DNA from: Burkholderiales bacterium
GTDB lineage: Bacteria; Pseudomonadota; Gammaproteobacteria; Burkholderiales; SG8-39
NCBI GenBank assembly: GCA_035500055.1
Contig: DATJXO010000043.1
Coordinates: 245 to 64,244, forward strand
Direction: 5' to 3'
DNA: 64,000 nt
In this document: positions 8,101 to 15,827 of the stretch, piece after piece
How positions within the stretch are numbered: the stretch's first letter is position 1
How the letters are laid out: the number at the start of each line of letters is the position of its first letter
Program-made: the position numbers and the translations under genes
Notes under the pieces: generated by a model
What the model saw: only the letters and a program-made list of their open reading frames with translations
Told to the model about the DNA's origin: nothing
Database searches by the model: none

Positions 8101-10952
8101 TGTACTACGGCAACGCCAGCGTCTCGGCGCAGCAGAACCCGAGCGCCGTCTGGGACGCGAACTACGTGGGCGTATGGCATCTGCCGAACGGGACGACGCT
8201 GACGACCGGCGATTCCACCTCGAACGCCAACAACGGGACCGTGAACGGGGGAGTCACCGCTGCGACCGGAAAAATTGACGGCGCAGGCAGCTTCGACGGA
8301 AGCAGCGGCTACATATCCACCATCAGCCAGTTCAACAACATTCAGGATTTCGCGGTATCGGCCTGGTTCAGGACCAGCAGCGCCTCGGGCCGCAAGATCA
8401 TCGGTCTTGAAACCACGCAAACGGGCACGGGCGCCGGCATGTACGACCGTCATCTGTACGTGGGTACCGACGGCAAGGTCTATTTCGGCTGGTGGACTGG
8501 CAGCGCCGCGACGGTCGTCTCCACGGCCACGCTCAACGACAACGCATGGCACTACGCCGTGGGAACGCACACCTCCGCGAACGTAGGAACGCTGTACATC
8601 GACGGGGTCGCCCAGGGCACGAACAGCGGGGCGGCACAGAACTTCAACGGCTGGTGGAGGATAGGAAGCTACAAGCTGGCCGGCTGGCCGAACGCCGGCG
8701 ACGGTTATTTTCCGGGACAGGTCGACGAGGCTCGAGTCTCACTGGTCGCCCGCTCCGCAGCCTGGGTCCTGACCGACTACAACAGCCAGAGCTCGCCGGC
8801 GACGTTCCTGAGCGTCGGCTCGCAGCAGGCGAACACCTGCGTTCACCACTACGAGCTCTCGCTGGCGTCCACCAGCGTCACCTGCCTTCCGACCACGGTG
8901 ACCATTACCGCGTGCGCGGACAGCTCGAACCCGTGCACCAGCGTCGCCGCGATCAATGGCACGGCCAGCCTCGGGACTACCGGCGGCTCGATCGTCAGCC
9001 CGGTGAACGTGGTGAGCGGCGTCGGCACGAGCTCGCTCAGCGACCCCGGCGCCGCGGACAACACCGCCGTCACGGTCTCGCTCACGGGTGCGAGCGCCTC
9101 GGCCCCGAACGCCTATACCTGCCGCAGCGGCACCGGCTGCACCACGACCTTCAACACCGCGGGCTTCATCGTCTCGGCGAGCGCCGGCGGGGGCGCGGCG
9201 ACCGTGACGAGCCAGGTGGCCGGCGTCGCGAGCGGCACCTACTACCTGCGCGCGGTGCGCACCAACACGACCACGCAGGCCTGCGAGGCGGCGCTGCAGG
9301 GCGCGAACACGGTGAACTTCGCGTACGAGTGCAACGACCCGACGACCTGCTACGCGTCGAATTTCATGAGCGTGAACGGCGGCACGCCGACAACGATCGT
9401 GCGCAACAACAACGGCAGCGTGTCGAGCTACACGTCGGTCGGCGTGACCTTCGACGCCAACGGCAACGCGCCTTTCAGCCTCACCTACGGCGACGCCGGC
9501 AAGGTGACGCTGTGGGCGCAGAAGACGGTCAATTCGGCGACGCTCACGGGCTCGTCGAACGCGTTCGTGGTGAGGCCGAACGATTTCGCGTTCTCGGCGA
9601 TCCAGCGCACCAGCGACTCGTTCGCCAACCCGGGCGCGAGCGGCTCGTCGGGCGCGAAGTTCGCCAAGGCGGGCGAGGCGATCTCGGCCACCGTGACGGC
9701 GCGCGCCTCCGGCGGCGCGACCACGCCGAGCTTCGGTCTCGGCTCGAACAACGGCAGCGAATCGGTCGGCCTGACGCAGACGCTGATCGCGCCTTCGGGG
9801 GGCGCGACGGGCTCGCTCGGCGGCACGGCCGCGATCGTGCGCAGCAGCTTCTCTAACGGCGTAGCCACGGTCACCAACCTCACCTGGAGCGAGGTCGGCG
9901 TCATCACCCTCACTGCGACCAACAGCACATTTCTCGGGCAATCGCTCACCACGACCGGCACGAGCGGCAACGTCGGGCGCTTCTACCCGGATCATTTCAG
10001 CGTTTCCTCGGCTTCGATCACGAACCGCTCCGACGCGAGTTGCAGCCCGGCCTCGAGCTTCAGCTACATGGGCGAACCCTTCACGGCGGCCTTCACGCTC
10101 GAGGCGCGCAACGTCGCCGACACGAAGACGCAGAACTACGCCACGGCCAACGGCTTCGCCAAGCTCGACCCGACGGCGGGCGGCGCGCTCGATTTCGGCG
10201 CGCGCGACACGGCCGGGGCCGGCACCGTGCTGACCTCGCGCCTCGACACCAGCAGCGCGCCGACGGGCTCGTTCAGCGGCGGCGCCGCCGCGATCGCTGC
10301 TACGCTCGGCCTGAACCGCGCCGCGAGCCCCGACGGCGCCTACGAGTCGCTGCACCTCGGCATCGCGCCCGTCGACAGCGACGGCGTGGCGATGAATACC
10401 TACGACCTGGACGCCGACGGCACCGCGGGCGCGGAGCGCAAGGACCTCGGCGTGACGACCAGGGTGCGCTTCGGCCGGCTGCGCATGACGGGCGCCACCG
10501 GCTCCGCGCTTCTGCCGACGCGCGTCGGGCTGCAGGCGCAGTACTGGAACGGGACGGCGTTCGCGGCGAATACCGACGACGCCTGCACCGCGCTGGCGGC
10601 GAGCAACTTCGCGCTCTCAGGCTACAAGATCAACCTGAACGCATGCGAGACCGCGGCGCTCGGCGGCGCCTCGTTCGCCGGGGGCAGCGGCAGCGCCACG
10701 CTCACGCTCGCCGCGCCGGGCGCCAGTAACAACGGCTCGGTGCTCCTCACCGCGAACCTCGGCAGTTCGCCGAGCGGCAACTATTGCCCGTCGGTCGGCG
10801 GCTCGGAGGCCGCGGCGACGAGCGCCGTCATGCCCTATCTGCAGGGCGCCTGGAGCGGTTCCGGATGGAGCGCGGATCCGTCGGTGCGCGTCGGCTTCGG
10901 CGTATACGGCAGCCAGCCGAACAACTTCATCTTCAACCGCGAGAACTACTGA
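5175..10952 (+). CDS. giant secreted MshQ-like protein (DUF2341 + LamG + MshQ/DUF6701-type C-terminal region)
   Basis: 1925-aa ORF with signal peptide MAALLRFSAVLVACALALGAGSARA. It has an N-terminal domain, then 2 x 266-aa Ig/FN3-like repeats. A DUF2341-like segment follows (WSYREPITINY...IVFTD...IYMYYGN), then a LamG-like segment (FDGSSGYI...WHYAVGTH...LYIDGV...VDEARVS). The Cys-rich C-terminal ~680 aa ends FGVYGSQPNNFIFNRENY, as in MSHA MshQ proteins. Confidence 0.8.
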   Translation: MAALLRFSAVLVACALALGAGSARAAPSFQAAGTAAGGTGNATPAWPAGQYQVGDVGLLFCESDGGQAANLTTANGFAAVTNSPQSTGTGTAGTRITVYWARATSTTMAAPTVADPGNHVYCQILVYTDVISSGNPWDITGGGVKATASTSVSVTAVTTSVANTLIVQGVARDTDNNAGAAFGTPANASLTNLTKEVDAGTVSGNGGGFAVWDGGLANAGSSGTTTATVTSSVNAFLTIALKTNTTTLATGTDPAAATVAPGSGVAIVDQFTLQTSGGTEAISSVTVNLSTASGVGRLSIYNNAGTELGFTTSPVTGSNAITVSGMSATTTLGTFTVRITPLSHAAMPAPPGASYSITAPVTSWAGPFTHTGSDTNTNALTIDNQSPNSATAASGSAGDTQVTLNWTTSSSTDFTRSVVLRWTGAAGSEVPVEGTTTYANGNTIGTATVVCVRTGDAASTAVSGVDGGGTGGCSATALTDGTSYSYKVFQQDTSGNYDTGTSIGPFTPLAVTTLATGADPAAATVAPGSGVAIVDQFTLQTSRGTESVTSVTVTLSTASGVGRLSIYNNAGTELGFTTSPATGSNTITVSGMSATTTLGTFTVRVTPLSHAAMPAPPGANYLITAPVTAWAGTNTHAGSDTNANALTIDNLSPNGATAASASAGDTQVTLHWTTSSSSDFTRSVVLRWTGTAGTEVPVEGTTTYANGNTIGTATVVCVRTGDAASTAVSGVDGGGTGGCSATALADGTTYSYKVFQQDTSGNYDTGTSIGSATPLGLLVSINCSGSCGPTSAASVSWTVTFRQSVTGLTAGNFSLVSGGGLGGSPAIIGVSGSGTIWTVTAVTGTGSGTLGLNMTNATGVSPAPGNLPFTGQVFTISGASACSSWYNPAWSYREPITINYPQVGGALSNYPVLVSITDANLQAGAQASGNDIVFTDSSGTVKLAHEIEQYNGATGQLIAWVNVPSVSAAANTLIYMYYGNASVSAQQNPSAVWDANYVGVWHLPNGTTLTTGDSTSNANNGTVNGGVTAATGKIDGAGSFDGSSGYISTISQFNNIQDFAVSAWFRTSSASGRKIIGLETTQTGTGAGMYDRHLYVGTDGKVYFGWWTGSAATVVSTATLNDNAWHYAVGTHTSANVGTLYIDGVAQGTNSGAAQNFNGWWRIGSYKLAGWPNAGDGYFPGQVDEARVSLVARSAAWVLTDYNSQSSPATFLSVGSQQANTCVHHYELSLASTSVTCLPTTVTITACADSSNPCTSVAAINGTASLGTTGGSIVSPVNVVSGVGTSSLSDPGAADNTAVTVSLTGASASAPNAYTCRSGTGCTTTFNTAGFIVSASAGGGAATVTSQVAGVASGTYYLRAVRTNTTTQACEAALQGANTVNFAYECNDPTTCYASNFMSVNGGTPTTIVRNNNGSVSSYTSVGVTFDANGNAPFSLTYGDAGKVTLWAQKTVNSATLTGSSNAFVVRPNDFAFSAIQRTSDSFANPGASGSSGAKFAKAGEAISATVTARASGGATTPSFGLGSNNGSESVGLTQTLIAPSGGATGSLGGTAAIVRSSFSNGVATVTNLTWSEVGVITLTATNSTFLGQSLTTTGTSGNVGRFYPDHFSVSSASITNRSDASCSPASSFSYMGEPFTAAFTLEARNVADTKTQNYATANGFAKLDPTAGGALDFGARDTAGAGTVLTSRLDTSSAPTGSFSGGAAAIAATLGLNRAASPDGAYESLHLGIAPVDSDGVAMNTYDLDADGTAGAERKDLGVTTRVRFGRLRMTGATGSALLPTRVGLQAQYWNGTAFAANTDDACTALAASNFALSGYKINLNACETAALGGASFAGGSGSATLTLAAPGASNNGSVLLTANLGSSPSGNYCPSVGGSEAAATSAVMPYLQGAWSGSGWSADPSVRVGFGVYGSQPNNFIFNRENY
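5910..7505 (+). repeat. in-frame tandem duplication, 2 x 798 bp (2 x 266 aa) inside the MshQ-like gene
   Basis: Unit 1 (5910-6707) starts TTLATGTDPAAATVAPGSGVAIVDQFTLQTS. Unit 2 (6708-7505) starts TTLATGADPAAATVAPGSGVAIVDQFTLQTS. By hand alignment about 30 of 266 residues differ, with many additional synonymous differences. Confidence 0.9.
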
Positions 10953-12211
10953 GCGGGCCCGTTGAGGGCGAAGTGGAAGATGCGGTAGCTCGGCAGCGCG
11001 CCGGCCGCGGCCTCGAGGCGGTAGGCGTCGCTCAGCGGCTCGCTCAGCACGAAAGGCACTTTCGCCTCAGACACTCCGCCGTGCGTGCGCAGGCGATGGC
11101 CGGCGAGCCCGGACAGGTCGTGCTGCGACGCGGAGGCGCCGATGCAGGTGTCGGCGCGCGCGATCACGGCGACGTCCCCCTCGCGCTCAGGCGGCAGGTC
11201 GAACAGGCGGCAGGCGTCCTCGCGCCCGAGCGCCTGCTCGATGCCATCGACGCCGGCGATCGCCCTGAGGATGTCCCGCGCGCTCGCCTTGCCGCGGCGC
11301 CAGACGCGCACGAAGCCGCCGAGCGCGCCGTGATGCGCGACGAACGCGTCCGTGATCGGGCAGATGACGCGCGTCTCGCCCTTGCCGAGCTCGGCATCGA
11401 GCAGGTCCTGCAGCCAGATGACGTTGGGGCTGCCGTCGGCCGCCGACTTGTCGTTCATGCCGTGATCCGCGGTCAGCGCCACCAGCGCGCCGGCCGCCGC
11501 CAGCCGCCCGAACGCCTGGTCGAGCGCCGCGTAGAAGCGCAGCGCCTCGGGCTCGTGCGGCGCGTACTTGTGCTGCACCCAGTCCGTCAGCGAGAGGTAG
11601 AGCAGGTCGGGCCGATCGCGCTCCAGCAGCCGGATGCCGGCCTCCAGCACGAACAGCGACAGCTCCATCGAGTACATGTCCGGCTGCGGCATGCCGACGA
11701 GGTCGAGCGCGCCTTCGATCCCATTTTCTTTTTGGGTCGTCCTCGACGCAAATTCCGAAGAAAACGAGACGTTGCCTCCGGCAAGGTCCAGGCCCTTGCC
11801 CAATTGCCGGCGCAGCTTGTCTTTGGCGGTGATCGAGACGACGCGGGCGCCCGCGGCGGCGAAGCGCGCGAGGATCGTGTCGCCGCGCAGCAGCTCGGGG
11901 CCGGTCATCACCACCGCCTCGCCGGTCGCGGTGTCGAGGTAGAAGTTGCCGGAGATGCCGTGGCGCGACGCGGGCGTCCCGGTGATGATCGACATGTTGT
12001 TCGGACAGGTGAAGGAGGGCACCGTGCCCTCGGCGACCGTGGCGAATCCCTCGCGCATGAAGCGCGCGACGTTGGGCAGGATTCCCCGCTTCAGGCCCTC
12101 CCGGAAATACGCCGGGTCGCCGCCGTCGATGCACACCACGGCCACCGGGCGGCGCGGCCAGCGGTAGCGCACCCCGTTCGCGTCGACTTCGGCAGGATGC
12201 GCGCGCCTCAC
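10946..12211 (-). CDS. phnA: phosphonoacetate hydrolase (alkaline phosphatase superfamily)
   Basis: The 421-aa ORF aligns along its length with my recollection of Pseudomonas fluorescens PhnA. Shared motifs: VPSFTCPNNMSIITG, ITAKDKLR, LTDWVQHKYAPHEPEA, LTADHGMNDK, HDLSGL...THGGVSEAKVPFV. It overlaps the convergent MshQ-like gene by 7 nt. Confidence 0.85.
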   Translation of the reverse strand: MRRAHPAEVDANGVRYRWPRRPVAVVCIDGGDPAYFREGLKRGILPNVARFMREGFATVAEGTVPSFTCPNNMSIITGTPASRHGISGNFYLDTATGEAVVMTGPELLRGDTILARFAAAGARVVSITAKDKLRRQLGKGLDLAGGNVSFSSEFASRTTQKENGIEGALDLVGMPQPDMYSMELSLFVLEAGIRLLERDRPDLLYLSLTDWVQHKYAPHEPEALRFYAALDQAFGRLAAAGALVALTADHGMNDKSAADGSPNVIWLQDLLDAELGKGETRVICPITDAFVAHHGALGGFVRVWRRGKASARDILRAIAGVDGIEQALGREDACRLFDLPPEREGDVAVIARADTCIGASASQHDLSGLAGHRLRTHGGVSEAKVPFVLSEPLSDAYRLEAAAGALPSYRIFHFALNGPAQ

Positions 12212-12254
12212 GGTGCGGCGACAATAGCATTAAACTCGCGCTTTTTTTGCCGCC

Positions 12255-14576
12255 ATGATGAACGCTCCCGCATCCCAGTTCGATCCCGCCAGCGCGCGCT
12301 TCGGCGCTTCGCGCTCGCAGAAGCGCCTCGAAGACGACCGCCTGCTGCGCGGCAAGGGCCTGTACAGCGACGACCGCGACCTGCCGGGCCAGGCGTGGCT
12401 GGTGGTCGCGCGCTCGCCCCACGCGCATGCGCGCATCGCCTCGATCGACGCCGCGGCGGCGCGCGCGGCGCCGGGCGTGCTCGCCGTGTACACCGGCGCC
12501 GATCTCGCGGCCGACGGCATGGGCGCAATCCCGTTCCCGCCGCTGTTCAAGCGCCCGGACGGCGCGCCGATGGCGGCGCCGCCGCGCACGCTGCTCGCCG
12601 AGGGGACGGCGTTCTACGCCGGGCACCCGGTCGCCGCGGTGGTCGCGGCGACGCGCGCCCAGGCGCAGGATGCGCTCGAGCTGCTCGCCGTCGAGTACCA
12701 GGAGCTGCCCTGCGTGGTCGACGCGCGCCGGGCGATCGAGCCGGGCGCGCCGACGATCTGGGCCGAGGCCCCGGGCAACGTCTCGGCCGAGGTGCGCTAC
12801 GGCGACGCCGCCGCGGTGGACGCGGCGATGGCGAAGGCCGCGCACGTGGTGGAGATCGCGATCGCCAACCAGCGCGTCGCCGCGGTGCCGCTCGAGCCGC
12901 GCTGCGCGCTGGCCGAGTTCGCCGGCGGGCGCTGGACGCTCTACACGCAGACGCAGCAGCCGACCGGCGCGCGCGACCTGATCGCCGCGGCGTTCAAGGC
13001 GAAGCCCGAGCAGTTCCGCGTCGTGGTGGGCGACCTCGGCGGCGGCTTCGGCATGAAGACCGGGGCCTACCCGGAGGACGGGCTCGTCTGCTACGCCGCG
13101 CGCAAGCTGGGACGGCCGGTGAAGTGGCGCGGCGAGCGCGGCGAGGATTTCCTCGCCGCGCACATGGGGCGCGACCAGCATTTCGCGGCGAAGCTCGCGC
13201 TCGACGCCGAGGGCCGCGCGCTCGCGCTGCGCGCGGAGATGATCGCGAACTTCGGCGCGGTGCCGGTGGGCTCGACGCCGCTGGTGCCGATGCTGGTCGG
13301 CCCGAAGGTGGTGACCTCGCTGTACCGCGTGCCGGCGGTCGACTACCGCATCCGCGGCGTGCTTACCAACACCATGGCGACCGGCGCCTACCGCGGCGCC
13401 GGCCGGCCCGAGTCGAACTTCCTGATCGAGCGCCTGATGGACAAGGCGGCGCGCGCGCTGAAGCTCGATCCGGCCGAGATCCGCCGCCGCAACTACATCC
13501 CGCCGGAAGCGTTCCCGTGGCGCACCTACCTCGGCGACGTCTACGACAGCGGCGCGTTCGAGAAGCTCCTCGACGCCGTCCTTTCCGCCTCGGACTGGAA
13601 GGGCTTCGGCGCAAGGCAGGAGCAGTCGAGGCAGCGCGGAAAATTGCGCGGCCGCGGCCTCGCCTCGTACCTGGAGTGGACCGGCGCGCTGCCCACCGAG
13701 ACCGTCGACATCGAGGTGTCGGCCGACGGCGGCGTGACCGTGTTCTCCGGCACGATGGCGATGGGGCAGGGGCTGGAAACCTCGTACACCCAGCTCATCG
13801 TCGAGCTCCTGGGAATCCCGGCTGCGAAGATAAAGATCGTTCAGGGCGACACGGACAGGGCCAACGGCGTCGGCAGCGTCGGCTCGCGCTCGGCGTTCGT
13901 CGGCGGCTCGGCGGTGGTCGCCGCCGGGCACAAGGTGGTGGCGCGCGGCAGGGAGCTCGCGGCGGAGGCGCTGGAGGCGGCGGCGCGCGACCTGGAGTTC
14001 CGCGACGGGCGCTTCGCGATCTCGGGCACCGACCGCTCGATCGGGCTCGGCGAGCTCGCGGCGAAGCAGCCGGAGAAGCGGATCCGCGTCTCCGACACGC
14101 AGACGCCGAGCGGGCCGTCGTGGCCGAACGGCGCGCAGGCGGTCGAGGTCGAGGTCGACCCGGACACGGGCGTCGTCACTCTCGAGCGGATCGCCAGCGT
14201 CGACGACATCGGCCGCATCATCAACCGCACCATCGTCGAGGGGCAGGTCCACGGCGGCATCGCGCAGGGCGCCGGGCAGGCGCTGTGGGAGCACGCGGTG
14301 TACGACCCGGACAGCGGCCAGCTGGTGACCGGATCGCTGATGGACTACTGCCTGCCGCGCGCCGACCAGTTTCCGCCGATGCACGCGAACTTCGACGAGA
14401 GCGTGCCGTGCCGCACCAACCTGCTCGGCGTGAAGGGCGTCGGCGAGCTCGGCACCATCGGCGCGACGCCCGCCGTGGTCAACGCGGTGCTCGACGCGCT
14501 CTCCGGGCGCGGCGCGGACCGTCTCGAGATGCCGCTTACGCCGGAGAAGGTCTGGCGCGCGCTGCGCGGCGCCTAG
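12255..14576 (+). CDS. xanthine dehydrogenase/CO dehydrogenase family molybdopterin-binding large subunit (form-II CoxL-like)
   Basis: 773-aa ORF with the typical N-terminus (RLEDDRLLRGKGLYSDD...ARIASID) and active-site loop GAYRGAGRPE, the AYRGAGR form-II signature. No adjacent FeS or FAD subunit genes. Confidence 0.85.
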   Translation: MMNAPASQFDPASARFGASRSQKRLEDDRLLRGKGLYSDDRDLPGQAWLVVARSPHAHARIASIDAAAARAAPGVLAVYTGADLAADGMGAIPFPPLFKRPDGAPMAAPPRTLLAEGTAFYAGHPVAAVVAATRAQAQDALELLAVEYQELPCVVDARRAIEPGAPTIWAEAPGNVSAEVRYGDAAAVDAAMAKAAHVVEIAIANQRVAAVPLEPRCALAEFAGGRWTLYTQTQQPTGARDLIAAAFKAKPEQFRVVVGDLGGGFGMKTGAYPEDGLVCYAARKLGRPVKWRGERGEDFLAAHMGRDQHFAAKLALDAEGRALALRAEMIANFGAVPVGSTPLVPMLVGPKVVTSLYRVPAVDYRIRGVLTNTMATGAYRGAGRPESNFLIERLMDKAARALKLDPAEIRRRNYIPPEAFPWRTYLGDVYDSGAFEKLLDAVLSASDWKGFGARQEQSRQRGKLRGRGLASYLEWTGALPTETVDIEVSADGGVTVFSGTMAMGQGLETSYTQLIVELLGIPAAKIKIVQGDTDRANGVGSVGSRSAFVGGSAVVAAGHKVVARGRELAAEALEAAARDLEFRDGRFAISGTDRSIGLGELAAKQPEKRIRVSDTQTPSGPSWPNGAQAVEVEVDPDTGVVTLERIASVDDIGRIINRTIVEGQVHGGIAQGAGQALWEHAVYDPDSGQLVTGSLMDYCLPRADQFPPMHANFDESVPCRTNLLGVKGVGELGTIGATPAVVNAVLDALSGRGADRLEMPLTPEKVWRALRGA

Positions 14577-15112
14577 AGCGCCCGCGCCGCCGACGGCGGC
14601 GGCTCGACGCGCCGCGCGCCGCTGAAGCGCTCCGCCCAGTAGCGGTTGCGCAGCGAGTCGACCCGCACGCGCGCGCCGGTCTTGGGCGCGTGCACGAAGC
14701 GCCCGTCGCCGAGATAGATGCCGACGTGCGAGTACGGGTGCCCCTGCGTGTCGTAGAACACGAGGTCGCCCGGTTGCAGTTCCGCTAGACTGACCGCCAC
14801 GCCCGCGTGGCTCAGGGCGAGCGTGTTGTGCGGCAGCGAAAGACCCCAGGCCTCGCGGTAGACGTGCGCCACCAGCCCGCTGCAGTCGTATCCGGTCACC
14901 GGCGAGGCGCCGCCATACTGGTAGTCGACGCCGAGCGCGAGCAGAGCCTGCAGCAACGCTTCGGCGCGCTCGGCCTGCAGCGCGCTCTGGGGCGCGGGCG
15001 GGCGCGCCGCTGCGGCGGGCTCGTCGACCGGCGCCGGGCGCCAGGAGCCGAAGCCGCCGCAGCCGGAGAGGGCGGCTGAAATGATCATTGGATACAGTAA
15101 ATTACGGACCAT
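14573..15112 (-). CDS. NlpC/P60 (C40) family peptidoglycan hydrolase lipoprotein
   Basis: Lipobox (ISAALSGCGG) and catalytic region YQYGGASPVTGYDCSGLVAHVY...YSHVGIYLGDGRFVHAP. It overlaps the convergent coxL-like stop by 4 nt. Confidence 0.85.
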   Translation of the reverse strand: MVRNLLYPMIISAALSGCGGFGSWRPAPVDEPAAAARPPAPQSALQAERAEALLQALLALGVDYQYGGASPVTGYDCSGLVAHVYREAWGLSLPHNTLALSHAGVAVSLAELQPGDLVFYDTQGHPYSHVGIYLGDGRFVHAPKTGARVRVDSLRNRYWAERFSGARRVEPPPSAARAL

Positions 15113-15182
15113 AATTGATGTAATTTAGTTGAACTTGCGCCGGAGAGCAAACCGAATGGCCGCCAGAGGCGTTATTCGATCC

Positions 15183-15827
15183 ATGAAGCCGTGGCGCGCG
15201 CTCCCCGCCTTGTTGCTCGCCTTCGCCGCGGGCGCGGCGGCGCAGGGCACGCTGGAAGTCATCCCGCTGCGCCATCGCAGCGCCGCCGAGGTGATCCCGG
15301 CGCTGCAGCCCCTGCTCGAGCCGGGCGGCACCCTGAGCGGCCAGTCCTACCAGCTCTTCGTGCGCACCAGCCCCGCCAATCTCGCGGACCTGAAGCGCGT
15401 GCTCGATCGCATCGACGTGGCGCCGCGCCGCCTGCGGGTCTCGGTGCGCTTCGAGGCCGCCGGCGATTCCCGCAACGGGAGCGTCGACCAGCAGCTGCAG
15501 GTGCTGGAAGGCGGCGCGGCCTACATCGCCACCGGCGAGGCGCGCGTCTACGGCGAGGCGGCGACCGGATTCGCGGTCGTGCCGCGGGTCTCGGGGCGCG
15601 AGGTGACGCTCGAGATCGCGGCGAGCGCCGAGCGCTTCGCGCGCCGCGGCGCGATCCAGGGCCAGCGCGCCGCGAGCGTGGTGCGCGGCCCGCTCGGCGG
15701 GTGGATAGAGCTGGCCGGCGTCGATGTCACCGAGACGCGCGGCGAGCGCGGGCTTCCCCTGAGCCGCGACCGCGGCGCGGCGTCCGCGCGCCGCGTCTGG
15801 CTCCGGGTCGACGAGGTGGGACGCTGA
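15183..15827 (+). CDS. short secretin N-domain (NolW-like) protein with signal peptide
   Basis: Lies in ORF 15129..15827, with likely start ATG 15183 (MKPWRALPALLLAFAAGAAAQG). TLEVIPLRHRSAAEVIPALQPLL...LFVRTSPANLADLKRVLDRIDV resembles the secretin N domain. Only about 214 aa, with no full secretin barrel. Confidence 0.55.
   Translation: MKPWRALPALLLAFAAGAAAQGTLEVIPLRHRSAAEVIPALQPLLEPGGTLSGQSYQLFVRTSPANLADLKRVLDRIDVAPRRLRVSVRFEAAGDSRNGSVDQQLQVLEGGAAYIATGEARVYGEAATGFAVVPRVSGREVTLEIAASAERFARRGAIQGQRAASVVRGPLGGWIELAGVDVTETRGERGLPLSRDRGAASARRVWLRVDEVGR

Noticed and set aside
5115-8570. 1151-aa ORF antisense to the MshQ-like gene, plus the 737-aa +2-frame ORF 5213..7426
   Set aside because: The translations are Arg/Gly/Ala/Asp-rich low-complexity strings with no motifs. 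Long stop-free alternative frames are expected in ~70% GC DNA. The sense frame has a signal peptide and recognisable domains.
10784-14788. 1334-aa + ORF and 1065-aa - ORF (11187..14384) spanning phnA and the coxL-like gene
   Set aside because: Both cut across two genes with strong family matches, in other frames or on the other strand. Their composition is Arg/Ala/Gly-rich and repetitive. They are high-GC artefacts.
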